Assembly: GCA_937952285.1 (NCBI GenBank) | Contig: CALFZE010000130.1 | Coordinates: 18,282-82,281, forward strand | Direction: 5' to 3' | Length of the DNA: 64,000 bases | Source: an uncultured Bacteriovoracaceae bacterium | GTDB taxonomy: Bacteria > Bdellovibrionota > UBA2428 | Shown: positions 37,394 to 47,129 of the stretch, one piece after another | Position numbering within the stretch: position 1 is the stretch's first letter | Layout of the letters: every line of letters begins with the position of its first letter | Notes under the pieces: model-generated | Told to the model about the DNA's origin: nothing | Databases searched by the model: none | What the model saw: the letters and a program-made list of their open reading frames with translations, nothing else | Made by a program: the position numbers and the translations under genes

Positions 37394-39487
37394 ATGCTAC
37401 TTTGGAAGCTCGCGTTCCGTAACCTCTTCGTCCACCGCCTCAAAACGGCGGTGACGGGGCTTATCATCGTCTTCGGCACGACGCTCGCGATCGTGGGCAA
37501 CGCCGTGGTCGACGCCATCTCGGGCGGCATGCAGAAGAGCCTCACGAACAGCATCACGGGCGATTTGCAGATCTACGCGGGCGACGCGCCCGAGAAGATC
37601 GCCGTGCTCGGCGGCTTCGACGGCAACATGCCCGACATCGGCCACCTGAACGACTTCCGCAAGGTGAAAGACGCGCTCACCGCGAAAGTGCCGAACGTGC
37701 GCGACGTCATCCCGATGGGGATCAGCCAGGCCTTCTTCAACCCCGGCAACATCCTCGACCTCAAGCTCGCCGAGTTGCGCAAGACTTTCTACGAGAACCC
37801 GAGGCCGGTGGAGCGCCTCCAGACGCAGAAAGAGCACCTCGTCGAGATCGTACGCGACATCGAGCGCAGCCGCCGCGAGAACGCCGAGCTCCTGGGGAGC
37901 ATCTACGGCGGCGAGGAGCTCTTCAAGACGGCGCCGGCCGACATCGAGCGAGCCCTTTCGCCCGCATTCTGGGCGAACTTCGACGCCCACTTCGAGGAAC
38001 GCGTCGAGTTCCTGGCGAACCGCATGGCGCCCCTCATCTTCGACGATAACCAGCTCTTCCTGAGCTACATCGGCACCGTGCCCGAGCTCTTTCGCGACTC
38101 CTTCTCGCAGTTCGAGATCGCGAAGGGCGAAATGATCCCCGAGGGGGCGCGCGGATTCCTGTTCAGCGATTACATCTACGAGAACCAGGTCAAACACCGC
38201 GTGGCCCGGCGCCTCGACCAGATCAAAAAGCAGATCGATAAGGAAAAGCGCACGATCAAGGACACGAAGGAGCTCCAGGACCGCGTCGCGGCGAACGTCG
38301 CGCAGGCCGCCGAGGTCTACAACCAACTCGACCCGGCGCGGGGCCGCGAGCTCGCCCCCAAGCTCCGCGACTTCCTCAAGTCCGAAAAAACGACGATCGC
38401 GGAACTCGTGCAGGAGTTCCTCGCCACGACCGACGAGAACTTCGCGTCCCACTACGAGTTCTTCTACGCCGAGATCGCGCCCCACATCCTTCTCTACAAG
38501 GTCAAAGTCGGCGATGTCTTCCCGCTTACGGCCTTCACGAAGTCGGGCTATTCGTCTTCGACGAACGTCAAGGTTTACGGCACTTATCGTTTTAAGAGCT
38601 TCGAGAGTTCCCCGCTCGCTTCGAGCTTCAACATCCTCGACATGGTCTCCTTCCGCACGCTCTTTGGTTTCATGACCGAAGCGCGACGCCAAGAAACGGC
38701 CGACATCGACCGCGAAATGGGTGCCGCCGATGTGGGCCGCGACGACATCGAATCCCTCTTCGGGGGCGGAGCCACCGTCGTCCAGGAAGCCCGCGGCGAA
38801 GCAAAAGCGCTCCGGAGCCTGGGCCAAGAAAAGTTCGGACGCATCGATGCCGTCCGACGCGACGCCGACACCAAGTATTCCCGCGAAGAGATGGAAAATG
38901 GCGTCTTCATGAACGCCGCCGTCTTGCTCAAGGATTCCGCCCGGCTCGACTCGACGCTCGACGAGATCCGCAAGGTCTCGACCGACGACGGTCTCGGGAT
39001 CCAGGCCACGGGTTGGCGCGAGGCCGCCGGCGGCGTGGGACAGCTCACCGTGATCGTGCGTGGGGTGCTCTACCTCTTCGTGATCGTCATCTTCGGCGTG
39101 GCGACCTTCATCATCATGAACTCGATGCTCATGGCGACGCTCGAGCGTGCCCGCGAGATCGGCACGATGCGCGCGATCGGGGCCCAGCGTTCCTTCCTCA
39201 TGGGGCTCTTCCTGCGCGAGACCTTCGTGCTGAGCTTCCTCTTCGGACTCGTTGGGACCCTGATCGGCGTGGGCATCGTGCTCGCCGTCGGCGCGCAGGG
39301 CATCCCCTCGATGGGCGACGTGACGACCTTCTTCTTCTCGGGCGACCGGCTTTACCTGAGCGTGAACCCGCTCCACATCTTGATCGTCTTCGGCTGCATG
39401 ACCCTCGTCGCCGTCGTTTCGACCCAATACCCGGCCTGGCGCGCGATGCGAATCTCGCCGCTCGAAGCCATGCAGCAGAGCGAGTGA
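37394..39487 (+). CDS. ABC transporter permease, FtsX/MacB-like, with a ~500-aa periplasmic domain
   Basis: 697 aa: TM1, a large extracytoplasmic domain, then three C-terminal TM helices with the FtsX-like signature (ATLERAREIGTMRAIGAQR). Confidence 0.85.
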   Translation: MLLWKLAFRNLFVHRLKTAVTGLIIVFGTTLAIVGNAVVDAISGGMQKSLTNSITGDLQIYAGDAPEKIAVLGGFDGNMPDIGHLNDFRKVKDALTAKVPNVRDVIPMGISQAFFNPGNILDLKLAELRKTFYENPRPVERLQTQKEHLVEIVRDIERSRRENAELLGSIYGGEELFKTAPADIERALSPAFWANFDAHFEERVEFLANRMAPLIFDDNQLFLSYIGTVPELFRDSFSQFEIAKGEMIPEGARGFLFSDYIYENQVKHRVARRLDQIKKQIDKEKRTIKDTKELQDRVAANVAQAAEVYNQLDPARGRELAPKLRDFLKSEKTTIAELVQEFLATTDENFASHYEFFYAEIAPHILLYKVKVGDVFPLTAFTKSGYSSSTNVKVYGTYRFKSFESSPLASSFNILDMVSFRTLFGFMTEARRQETADIDREMGAADVGRDDIESLFGGGATVVQEARGEAKALRSLGQEKFGRIDAVRRDADTKYSREEMENGVFMNAAVLLKDSARLDSTLDEIRKVSTDDGLGIQATGWREAAGGVGQLTVIVRGVLYLFVIVIFGVATFIIMNSMLMATLERAREIGTMRAIGAQRSFLMGLFLRETFVLSFLFGLVGTLIGVGIVLAVGAQGIPSMGDVTTFFFSGDRLYLSVNPLHILIVFGCMTLVAVVSTQYPAWRAMRISPLEAMQQSE

Positions 39488-39497
39488 GGAATCCGAA

Positions 39498-40856
39498 ATG
39501 AGCCAACTCTTCACCATCGCCCGCCGCAACCTCATCAGCCACCGCGGACGCACGCTCATCCTGGGCGGCGCGATCGCGCTCGTCACTTGTCTCATGGTCT
39601 TCATGATGGCCCTCACCCGCGGCATCAAGGCCCGTATGATCGAGAACGCCACGGCTCTCTCAACGGGGCACGTGAACGTAGGTGGTTTTCTCAAGATCAG
39701 CCAAAGTTCGGCCGCGCCGATCGTCACGCAAGCCGCGCGCGTGCGCGAGCTCCTTGCGCGCGAAGTTCCCGAGGCCACCCTCATCGTGGACCGCGTGCGG
39801 GCCTACGGCAAGATCATCTCGGATACGAACTCGATCATGGTGCCCATCACGGGCATCAACATGGCCACGGAAAAGCGCATCCTGGGCGGGCTCAACCTGG
39901 CCCGCGTGCGCGACTACGTGGAGGCCTACGCCCCCGCCCCGGGCGCCCCGGAAGCCGAAGGGAGCATGGCCGACCTCGAGCAACGCGGCGGTCTCGCGAT
40001 CTTCGCTTCGCACGCCCGCAAGCTCAAGGCCCGCGTGGGCGACGTCGTGACCGTCTCGATGCCGACCTACCGCAACGTCTACAACACGAAGGACGTGCGC
40101 ATCGCCGCCATCCTGCAGGACCTCGGCATGATCTCGAGCTTCACCATGTTCATGCACCACGAAGACGTGCGCGAGATCTACGACATGGCGGCCGACACGA
40201 CGAGCGTCTTCCAGATCTACCTGCCTTCGCTCGACGCCGTGCCCGCCGTCGAGGACCGCCTCCGCAAAGCACTCTCCGCCGCGAGCTTTACGCTCATGGA
40301 CAAGGACGCGAACCCCTACTGGATGAAGTTCGAACGCGTGGCCGGCGAGTCCTGGACGGGCCAACGTCTCGACCTCACGAACTGGGAAGACGAGACTTCG
40401 TTCCTCAAGTGGGTCCTGGATATCTTCAACGCGCTCACCTTCGCCCTCACTTTCGTGTTGATGGTCATCATCGTGATTGGCCTCATGAACAACATGTGGA
40501 TGGCCATCCGGGAGCGTACCTCGGAGATCGGCACGATGCGCGCCGTGGGGCTGCAGCGGCGGGGCGTGCTCGTCATGTTCCTGCTCGAATCGCTCCTGCT
40601 CGCGACGGCGAGCGTCGGGATCGGCATTGTGGCCGGCTCGCTGCTCGCCACGGGCGTCGCTGCCCTCGAGATCCCGATCCGATCGGACGCCTTCGTCATG
40701 TTCTTCATGTCGAACTCGCTCTGGCTCCAGGTCGGCGCGGGCGACCTGGCCTTCACCTTCGTCCTGCTCTCGACCTTGCTCATGGTGGGCGCGCTGCTGC
40801 CCGCCTACCGCGCGAGCAAGCTCGAACCCATCACGGCGATTAACCACGTCAATTAA
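39498..40856 (+). CDS. ABC transporter permease, FtsX/MacB-like (second subunit)
   Basis: 452 aa with the same topology (AIRERTSEIGTMRAVGLQR). Confidence 0.85.
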   Translation: MSQLFTIARRNLISHRGRTLILGGAIALVTCLMVFMMALTRGIKARMIENATALSTGHVNVGGFLKISQSSAAPIVTQAARVRELLAREVPEATLIVDRVRAYGKIISDTNSIMVPITGINMATEKRILGGLNLARVRDYVEAYAPAPGAPEAEGSMADLEQRGGLAIFASHARKLKARVGDVVTVSMPTYRNVYNTKDVRIAAILQDLGMISSFTMFMHHEDVREIYDMAADTTSVFQIYLPSLDAVPAVEDRLRKALSAASFTLMDKDANPYWMKFERVAGESWTGQRLDLTNWEDETSFLKWVLDIFNALTFALTFVLMVIIVIGLMNNMWMAIRERTSEIGTMRAVGLQRRGVLVMFLLESLLLATASVGIGIVAGSLLATGVAALEIPIRSDAFVMFFMSNSLWLQVGAGDLAFTFVLLSTLLMVGALLPAYRASKLEPITAINHVN

Positions 40857-40887
40857 ACGCGGGCGCGACCCGCAGGAAGGACCGAAC

Positions 40888-41670
40888 ATGAAACGCCCGC
40901 TCAAGATCCTCGGACTCGCGGCCCTCGCCGCGTTCTCCGCTCCCGTGGCCCGCGCCGCCCTCTCCGAGAAGGACGCGCTCGAGCTCGTGAAGCTCGTCGA
41001 CGAGAAGCAACGCAACTCGGGCGATTACGCCTCGCTTTGCTTCGTCAAGGAAACCGAACGCAAGAAGGAGCCCAAGGTCTTCCAGGCCATGGTCTATCGC
41101 CGCGACGCCGACGACAAGTTCATGATCCTCTTCACCAAGCCCAAAGAGGAGGCCGGCAAGGGTTACCTCAAGATCGACAAGAACCTGTGGATGTACGACC
41201 CCTCCACGGGCAAGTGGGAGCGCAAGACGGAGCGCGAGCGCATCGGCGGCACGAACTCGCGGCGCTCGGATTTCGACGAATCGCGTCTCGTCGAGGAGTA
41301 CGACATCAAGGTCGACGGCGAAGGCACGCTCGGCAACTTTAAGGTGCACAAACTCAAGCTCACCGCGAAGAAGGGCAAAGACGTCGCCTACCCCGTGCTG
41401 GGCCTCTGGATCGACCAGGCCGACAAGAACGTGCTCAAGCGCGAGGAGTTCTCGCTCTCGGGCAAGCTCATGCGCACGACCTTCTACCCGAAGTGGACCA
41501 AGAAGTTCAGCGAGTCCAAGAAGGCCGACGTCTGGATCCCCGAAGAGATGCGTATTTTCGACGAGCTCGAGAAGGGCAACTCGACGGTCGTCACGATCAA
41601 GGAAACCGACCTCAAGCCCCTCGATGCCAACATCTTCACCAAAGCCTGGATCGAATCCAAGAGTAAATAG
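40888..41670 (+). CDS. Periplasmic LolA-like protein (outer-membrane lipoprotein-sorting-protein family), paralog of 15245-16051
   Basis: The start MKRPLKILGLAALAAFSAPVARA is preceded by GGAAGGACCGAAC. The 260-aa protein has the LolA-like architecture; the 5' part of the track ORF is spurious. Confidence 0.7.
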   Translation: MKRPLKILGLAALAAFSAPVARAALSEKDALELVKLVDEKQRNSGDYASLCFVKETERKKEPKVFQAMVYRRDADDKFMILFTKPKEEAGKGYLKIDKNLWMYDPSTGKWERKTERERIGGTNSRRSDFDESRLVEEYDIKVDGEGTLGNFKVHKLKLTAKKGKDVAYPVLGLWIDQADKNVLKREEFSLSGKLMRTTFYPKWTKKFSESKKADVWIPEEMRIFDELEKGNSTVVTIKETDLKPLDANIFTKAWIESKSK

Positions 41671-41672
41671 GG

Positions 41673-42944
41673 ATGACCATGACGAAGATTAAGCTGCAGT
41701 CCCTGACTTACGCGCTTCTCGTGGCGAGCCTTCCGGCCTCCGCGCAGGATGCGGCTCCGCAACCCGCCCCGCCGACTACCGAAGCCGAAGGTGGCACGAG
41801 CGAGGATTTCGAGCGCGGGTTCGGCGCCGAAGGCGGGATGTCGGAGGCCGACAAGGGCACGACCGACGCGGACCGACTCAAGATCGGCGGCACGCTCGCC
41901 GCGGATCTCTACGTCTTCGGCACCCGGGATCGCGACTACCTCAAGAACCTCAACACGCTTTGGGTCTACGCCGACGCGCAGCTACGCGAGGACGTGCGGG
42001 CCTTCGCCAAGTTCCGTGGCGTCGTCGATGCCCTCCCGACGGGCGGCGCGGTCGGCGCCAGCATCCCGGCCGCGCGCTCCGACGTCGAGGAGCTCAAGCT
42101 CATGTTTAACGCCGGCAAGGCCGTCTTCTTCACGGCCGGCCGCCAGAAGATCAAATGGGGCGCGGGTAAGTTCTGGAATCCGACCGACGTCATGAACTCC
42201 GCGCGCCGCGACCTGCGCTACACGGACGACCGGCGCTCGGGTATGGACCTGCTCAAGACCCACGTGCCGGTAGGCCCGGCGAATTTTTACCTCGTGCAAG
42301 GTTTCAACGGCGCCACCCGCGTGAACGAGATCGCGCACGCCGCGCGCGTCGAAGTTCCGTGGAGTTCGGGCGAGGCTTCGCTCAGCGTGGCCAAGCGCCG
42401 CGGCGAGAACACCGTGCTCGGCGCCGACCTCTCCTTTGCCGTGTGGGATCTCGATCTGCACGCCGAAGTCGCGGGCTCGAGCCCTTCGAATCAACTTCGC
42501 TTCGGCCCCACGGGCCCCGTCGCCACGAACGGAACGCACGTGAGCTGGGTCGCGGGCGCGAGCTACGAGCTCCCGTACGGCGACAACGACTCGCTTAGCC
42601 TTATCGTCGAGTACTTCCGCAACGGCGACGGCTACGCCAAGGCCGACTACGCTTGGCCGATCGCGAACGGGGCCTACGCCCCCTACTACCTCGCCAAACA
42701 GTACCTGCTCGCGATGCTGCTCGTGCCGACGCCTGGCTCGTGGAACGACACGACCTTCAGTCTGCTCAACCTCTTTAACCTCGAGGACGGCAGCGCCTAC
42801 ACCAAGTTCACGACGGGCTTCAGCTTCCTGCGCGACCTCACCTGGCAGATCGGCGCGAGCCTCAACTACGGCAAGTCCGACGGCGAGCTCCGCTTCGGCG
42901 GCCAACGCTACGGCCTCGAAACCCGCCTCCTCGCCAATTTCTAA
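41673..42944 (+). CDS. Outer-membrane beta-barrel protein, paralog of 16072-17358
   Basis: Signal peptide and C-terminal F. GRQKIKWGAGKFWNPTDVMN matches the GRRIRSWGIADGVNPTRFF of the other OMP. Confidence 0.65.
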   Translation: MTMTKIKLQSLTYALLVASLPASAQDAAPQPAPPTTEAEGGTSEDFERGFGAEGGMSEADKGTTDADRLKIGGTLAADLYVFGTRDRDYLKNLNTLWVYADAQLREDVRAFAKFRGVVDALPTGGAVGASIPAARSDVEELKLMFNAGKAVFFTAGRQKIKWGAGKFWNPTDVMNSARRDLRYTDDRRSGMDLLKTHVPVGPANFYLVQGFNGATRVNEIAHAARVEVPWSSGEASLSVAKRRGENTVLGADLSFAVWDLDLHAEVAGSSPSNQLRFGPTGPVATNGTHVSWVAGASYELPYGDNDSLSLIVEYFRNGDGYAKADYAWPIANGAYAPYYLAKQYLLAMLLVPTPGSWNDTTFSLLNLFNLEDGSAYTKFTTGFSFLRDLTWQIGASLNYGKSDGELRFGGQRYGLETRLLANF

Positions 42945-42955
42945 AAGGAGCGTTC

Positions 42956-43600
42956 ATGTCTGACGCCACCTTGGCCTTGCTCTTGGGACTCGGGGCTTTG
43001 ACCACGGTGATCGTGATCGTCGTGGTGGCGTTGTCGCGGGGACGCGGCGACCTCCGCTATTTTGAGACGCATTCCATCGCCGAGTTTCGTCGGGACGTGG
43101 CCTTCATAGATCTCGCGAGCGCGGACTACGATTTCTTCGCCCTCCATCCCATCGCGGAGTGGTCGCGCACGGAACTCCTCCTCTTGAACGAGGCGAAGAC
43201 CAGCGTTGGCCGTTACCTGCGCCCGGCCATTGGGCTCTGGATGAACTTCGAACTCAACGGGCAGGCTTACGTCGTGCGCTTTCCGAAGTATGAAGTCGGC
43301 ACGAAGCTCTTGGACGAGAGAGAAACCTTACTTGCGACGGCCGCGCGGGAGTCGATGGGATCGGACGGTATCCGGGTGGACTTCGCGGATGGCTCGCGAC
43401 TCCACGCTCGGCCACCCAAGCCGGAAACGGCGAGCATCTTCAAGGCCCCCCGCATGAATTGGCTCGATGCGAGCGGCCACATCGTGGCGCGCACGCTTCA
43501 CGTGAGCGGCAAACGCGCCTCGAACGTTTACGTCTTCGCCCTCCGCAAAGACATCACGCCGATGCAACGCCTGGCCGTCTTCGCCTACTTCGCAAGCTAG
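42956..43600 (+). CDS. Membrane-anchored hypothetical protein (214 aa)
   Basis: One N-terminal TM helix. The start is 9 nt after the OMP stop. No domain recognised. Confidence 0.5.
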   Translation: MSDATLALLLGLGALTTVIVIVVVALSRGRGDLRYFETHSIAEFRRDVAFIDLASADYDFFALHPIAEWSRTELLLLNEAKTSVGRYLRPAIGLWMNFELNGQAYVVRFPKYEVGTKLLDERETLLATAARESMGSDGIRVDFADGSRLHARPPKPETASIFKAPRMNWLDASGHIVARTLHVSGKRASNVYVFALRKDITPMQRLAVFAYFAS

Positions 43601-43621
43601 GTCCGGCTAGGCGTCAGGCAT

Positions 43622-43716
43622 TTTTTCGTGTCGCAACTGCGTCATTTAACGCGTGTGCGACACGAAAAAGCGCCGGGGGCGCCTAGCCGGGGGCGCCTAG
43701 CCGGGGGCGCCTAGCC
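43622..43716. repeat. Composite intergenic repeat: 14-bp perfect inverted repeat with a 20-nt spacer, followed by 3 tandem copies of CCGGGGGCGCCTAG
   Basis: TTTTTCGTGTCGCA (43622-43635) pairs with TGCGACACGAAAAA (43656-43669). Tandem 14-mers sit at 43673, 43687 and 43701. Confidence 0.55.
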
Positions 43717-43806
43717 TGACGCCTCCTTCGCTGCGGTTTGTCGATGCTGCATTCTTCGTGGGGAGCGGGCTAGGCGAGACGAAAACGGAACCGTAGAATC
43801 GGCGCC

Positions 43807-44847
43807 ATGAAAGCTAAAGCTTACGCCGCCCAGAGTGCCACTTCTCCCCTGGCCCCGACCGAGATCGAGCGCCGCAAGCCGCGGCCCGACGACGTCGTCA
43901 TCGAGATCGCTTACTGCGGGATCTGTCACTCCGACATCCACACGGCGCGCGGCGAGTGGGGCCCGACGCACTACCCCTGCGTGCCCGGCCACGAGATCGT
44001 GGGCCGCGTCGTGGAGACCGGCAAGAAGGTGAAGCGCTTCAAGGTCGGCGACCTCGCCGGCGTCGGCTGCTTCGTGGACTCTTGCGGCAAGTGCACGCAC
44101 TGCAAATCGCACGAACAGCAGTTCTGCCTGAAGGGCGCCGCCTTCACCTACAACGGCACCGAACTCGACGGCAAGACCCCCACCTACGGCGGTTACGCTT
44201 CGCACATCGTCGTGCGCGACGGCTACGCGCTCAAGATCAAAAAAGGCCAGCCCCTCGAGCGCATCGCGCCGCTGCTTTGCGCCGGCATCACGACCTACGC
44301 CCCGCTCAAGCGCTTCGGCACGAAGAAAGGCAGCAAGGTCGGCGTCGTGGGTCTGGGCGGTCTCGGCCACATGGCCGTCAAACTCGCCAAGGCCATGGGC
44401 GCCGAAGTCACGGTCTTCAGCACCTCGCCGAACAAGGAAGCCGACGCCAAGAAGCTCGGCGCCAAGCACTTCGTCATCACGCGCGATCCGCAAAACTTCG
44501 CGAAGGTCGCGGGCAAACTCGACCTCATCGTGAACACGGTCTCGGCCAAGCACGACTTCAGCCCCTACCTCGGCGCGCTCAAGCACGCCGGCACGATGGC
44601 GCTCGTGGGCGCCTCGCCCGAACCCAACGAAGTCGCCGCCTTCGGCCTCATCTTCGGCCAGAAGAAGATCGCGGGCTCGCTCATCGGCGGTATCAAGGAA
44701 ACGCAGGAGATGCTCGATTTCTGCGCCCGCAAGAAGGTTTTCTCGGACGTCGAGCTCATCTCGGCTTCGCAGATCAACGACGCCTACGAGCGTACGATCA
44801 AGGGCCAGGTCAAGTACCGCTTCGTGGTCGACACGAAGACGCTCTAA
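43807..44847 (+). CDS. yahK: Zn-dependent NADPH aldehyde reductase of the cinnamyl-alcohol-dehydrogenase family (YahK-like)
   Basis: Aligns throughout with E. coli YahK (IEIAYCGICHSDIH, PCVPGHEIVGRVV, GVGCFVDSCGKCTHC, GVVGLGGLGHMAVKLA, ETQEMLDFCA, VKYRFVVD). Confidence 0.85.
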   Translation: MKAKAYAAQSATSPLAPTEIERRKPRPDDVVIEIAYCGICHSDIHTARGEWGPTHYPCVPGHEIVGRVVETGKKVKRFKVGDLAGVGCFVDSCGKCTHCKSHEQQFCLKGAAFTYNGTELDGKTPTYGGYASHIVVRDGYALKIKKGQPLERIAPLLCAGITTYAPLKRFGTKKGSKVGVVGLGGLGHMAVKLAKAMGAEVTVFSTSPNKEADAKKLGAKHFVITRDPQNFAKVAGKLDLIVNTVSAKHDFSPYLGALKHAGTMALVGASPEPNEVAAFGLIFGQKKIAGSLIGGIKETQEMLDFCARKKVFSDVELISASQINDAYERTIKGQVKYRFVVDTKTL

Positions 44848-44936
44848 GCCGAACCCGTCGGGCGGCGCGCACCGTTTCGCGCCGTCCGTCAAAGGGATCG
44901 CTTGCCGAAGCCCGACCCAACTGACAACCTTGAGCG

Positions 44937-46202
44937 ATGCGTTCTTTTTCGCTGCTGGTCGCGCTCGGGCTCGGAGGATCGGCCTTCGCGGCCACGCGCG
45001 AACTCTCGGAGAGCACGGTGCCACGGCTCGGCGCCCACCTCCCGCAAGGGAACGACGCCGTTGAACATCTTTACGGCGAACTGGGCACCTGGCGCGAAAT
45101 CAAGGACCTCAGCTACACCGTCAACTACTACGAAATCAAACCTCCCCTCGCCGAACACCCCTTCGATAAAGGGGCCCTCTTGCGGATCGCTCGCGATCGC
45201 CACACGACCGCGCTCGACGCCAACCGAATCCTGCTCACGGACGCGAACCGCGACGGCGAGCTCGACGCGACCTCGGGCGGCGCCGCCTTCATGGAGCACA
45301 ACGCCATCGGGGACGGCGGCGACCGGAAGGGTTGGCCCTTCCACCAGTTTTGGTTCGACGACAACGACTTCGCGCAATCCCTCGCGCGGGCCTACGCGCG
45401 CCCCCTTCCCTGGGGCCTCTTCGACCCCGGACGGCCTTTGCGCTGGAGTCCGGTGGCCGGACGCCCGAACTACACGCCCTACCCCTCCGCGCACAAGTAC
45501 GTGGACCAGCTCGCGCTCAACGGAATGCACCGCCTCAACACAAAAAACCTGCCGGCGGCGCTCCGTGATTTCCGCGACGCGGTCACGCTCCTGCAGGCGA
45601 AGTACGACGATGCCGAGGGCCGCTACCACTACCCCGGCCTCACGAGCTTCTACCATCTGGGCCTCACGAAGATTCTCGCCGAGTGGCTCCTGCGCGAAGC
45701 ACGCCTGTCCCGCGGCGAGCGCGCGGAGATCCTGCAGCACGCGCGAAGCCAACACGCGCTGCTGCTCACCCACCAGGTCCGTCACCGGGTCTCGGGCGCG
45801 CGACTCGGTTGGAAGAGCGGACTCAAACCCACGGACCTCATCAACACGGAGACGACGAGCGCCTCGGCGCTCGCGCTCGGGGCCGGCGCGCTCTGGACCC
45901 TCGAGCCCGAGGACTTCGTCGCGAACGACTACCGACTGCCGGAAGGCCGCTACGTGGCCGAGATCGAGGCGCGACCGAAGTCCGGTCCCCAAGCCACTTT
46001 CTTCCTGCGCGTGCGGCAAGCCACGGGCACGCTTCGGGTCCAACGCTTCGAAGTCGAGGGCACGCCCGGCCAGACGAAGTGGCAAAGGTTCTCGATCCCT
46101 TTCGCGCAGCGCCGGGGGCGCGTGCCGCTCAAGTTCGACGTGGGCGAGACCGCGAACGAAGCGATCGAGTTCGGTCCGCTGCGGATCTTCGCGGCGAAGT
46201 GA
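44937..46202 (+). CDS. Secreted hypothetical protein (421 aa)
   Basis: Signal peptide MRSFSLLVALGLGGSAFA; no recognised domain. Confidence 0.55.
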   Translation: MRSFSLLVALGLGGSAFAATRELSESTVPRLGAHLPQGNDAVEHLYGELGTWREIKDLSYTVNYYEIKPPLAEHPFDKGALLRIARDRHTTALDANRILLTDANRDGELDATSGGAAFMEHNAIGDGGDRKGWPFHQFWFDDNDFAQSLARAYARPLPWGLFDPGRPLRWSPVAGRPNYTPYPSAHKYVDQLALNGMHRLNTKNLPAALRDFRDAVTLLQAKYDDAEGRYHYPGLTSFYHLGLTKILAEWLLREARLSRGERAEILQHARSQHALLLTHQVRHRVSGARLGWKSGLKPTDLINTETTSASALALGAGALWTLEPEDFVANDYRLPEGRYVAEIEARPKSGPQATFFLRVRQATGTLRVQRFEVEGTPGQTKWQRFSIPFAQRRGRVPLKFDVGETANEAIEFGPLRIFAAK

Positions 46203-46205
46203 AGG

Positions 46206-47021
46206 CTACGGCTTTCCCTCGAAGGTAAGCAGCGCCGTGAGCTCGGCGCCGATGAAGACGATAAGCGAGGAATAGTAGACCCAGACCAAGAAGAGCATGA
46301 GCGACCCCGTGGCGCCGTACGCCGACGCGACCGCGCTCTGCGCGAGGTAGACGCCGATGAGTTCCTTGCCGAGCGTGAAGAGCAGCGCCGTGACGAAGCC
46401 CCCCACGTAGGCGCTCGACCAAGGCAAGCGCCGGTCGGGCAAGACCTTGAAGATCGCCGCGAAAAGGCTCGAGAAGACGGCGATCGAAAGGAGCGCGTTG
46501 ACGAGCGTCCATACGACGCCTTCCTGCGTGAAGACGAAGCTCAGCACCGTCGTCACGAGGAGCGAGACGATCGCGAGAAAGCCGATCGTGAAGACCATGC
46601 CCATCGAGATGAAGCGGCGTCGCAGCCAGCGCCAAATCCCGTTCTTGGCCTCGGACTCGGCTTCCCAGATCAGGTTGATCGAAGCTTGGAGCTGCGCGAA
46701 GACGCCGCTCGCCGAGAACAGGAGGGCCCCCACCCCCAGGATCCCCCCGATCTTCGAAAGATCCGGACGCTCGTTGGCGCCTTCCACCACGACCTTGATC
46801 ATCTCGCCGGCTTGCTCGCCGATGACCCCTTGAACCTGCGCGATGAGCTTGGCCTGGGAATCGCCCCCCAAGACGCCGAGCACGGTCAAGGTGATGAGCA
46901 GGAGCGGCGCGAGCGAAAGCGCGGTGTAAAAGGCGAGCGCCGCCGCCAAGGTCAGCAAGTCATGCTTGGCGAAACGCTCGATGAACTCGATCCCAAATTT
47001 TTTGGCGCGCCGAAAAAGCAT
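46206..47021 (-). CDS. YihY/BrkB-family membrane protein
   Basis: 271 aa, six TM helices, N-terminal FIERFAKHDLLTLAAALAFYTALSLAPLLL. Confidence 0.75.
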   Translation of the reverse strand: MLFRRAKKFGIEFIERFAKHDLLTLAAALAFYTALSLAPLLLITLTVLGVLGGDSQAKLIAQVQGVIGEQAGEMIKVVVEGANERPDLSKIGGILGVGALLFSASGVFAQLQASINLIWEAESEAKNGIWRWLRRRFISMGMVFTIGFLAIVSLLVTTVLSFVFTQEGVVWTLVNALLSIAVFSSLFAAIFKVLPDRRLPWSSAYVGGFVTALLFTLGKELIGVYLAQSAVASAYGATGSLMLFLVWVYYSSLIVFIGAELTALLTFEGKP

Positions 47022-47129
47022 CGCGATACCCTACCCGTAGCCAATGACCCCGCGACGAAGACGCGGTGAAGTTTTTGCCACTCCGTCTTCGGTTGACCGG
47101 CGACGCGACGACTGACATCTTCGGCGCCC

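Noticed and set aside
43673-43714. CRISPR array (considered; also at 29023-29107).
   Set aside because: The units are directly abutting tandem repeats of 14 and 17 bp with no spacers, there are only 3 and 5 copies, and no cas genes lie nearby.
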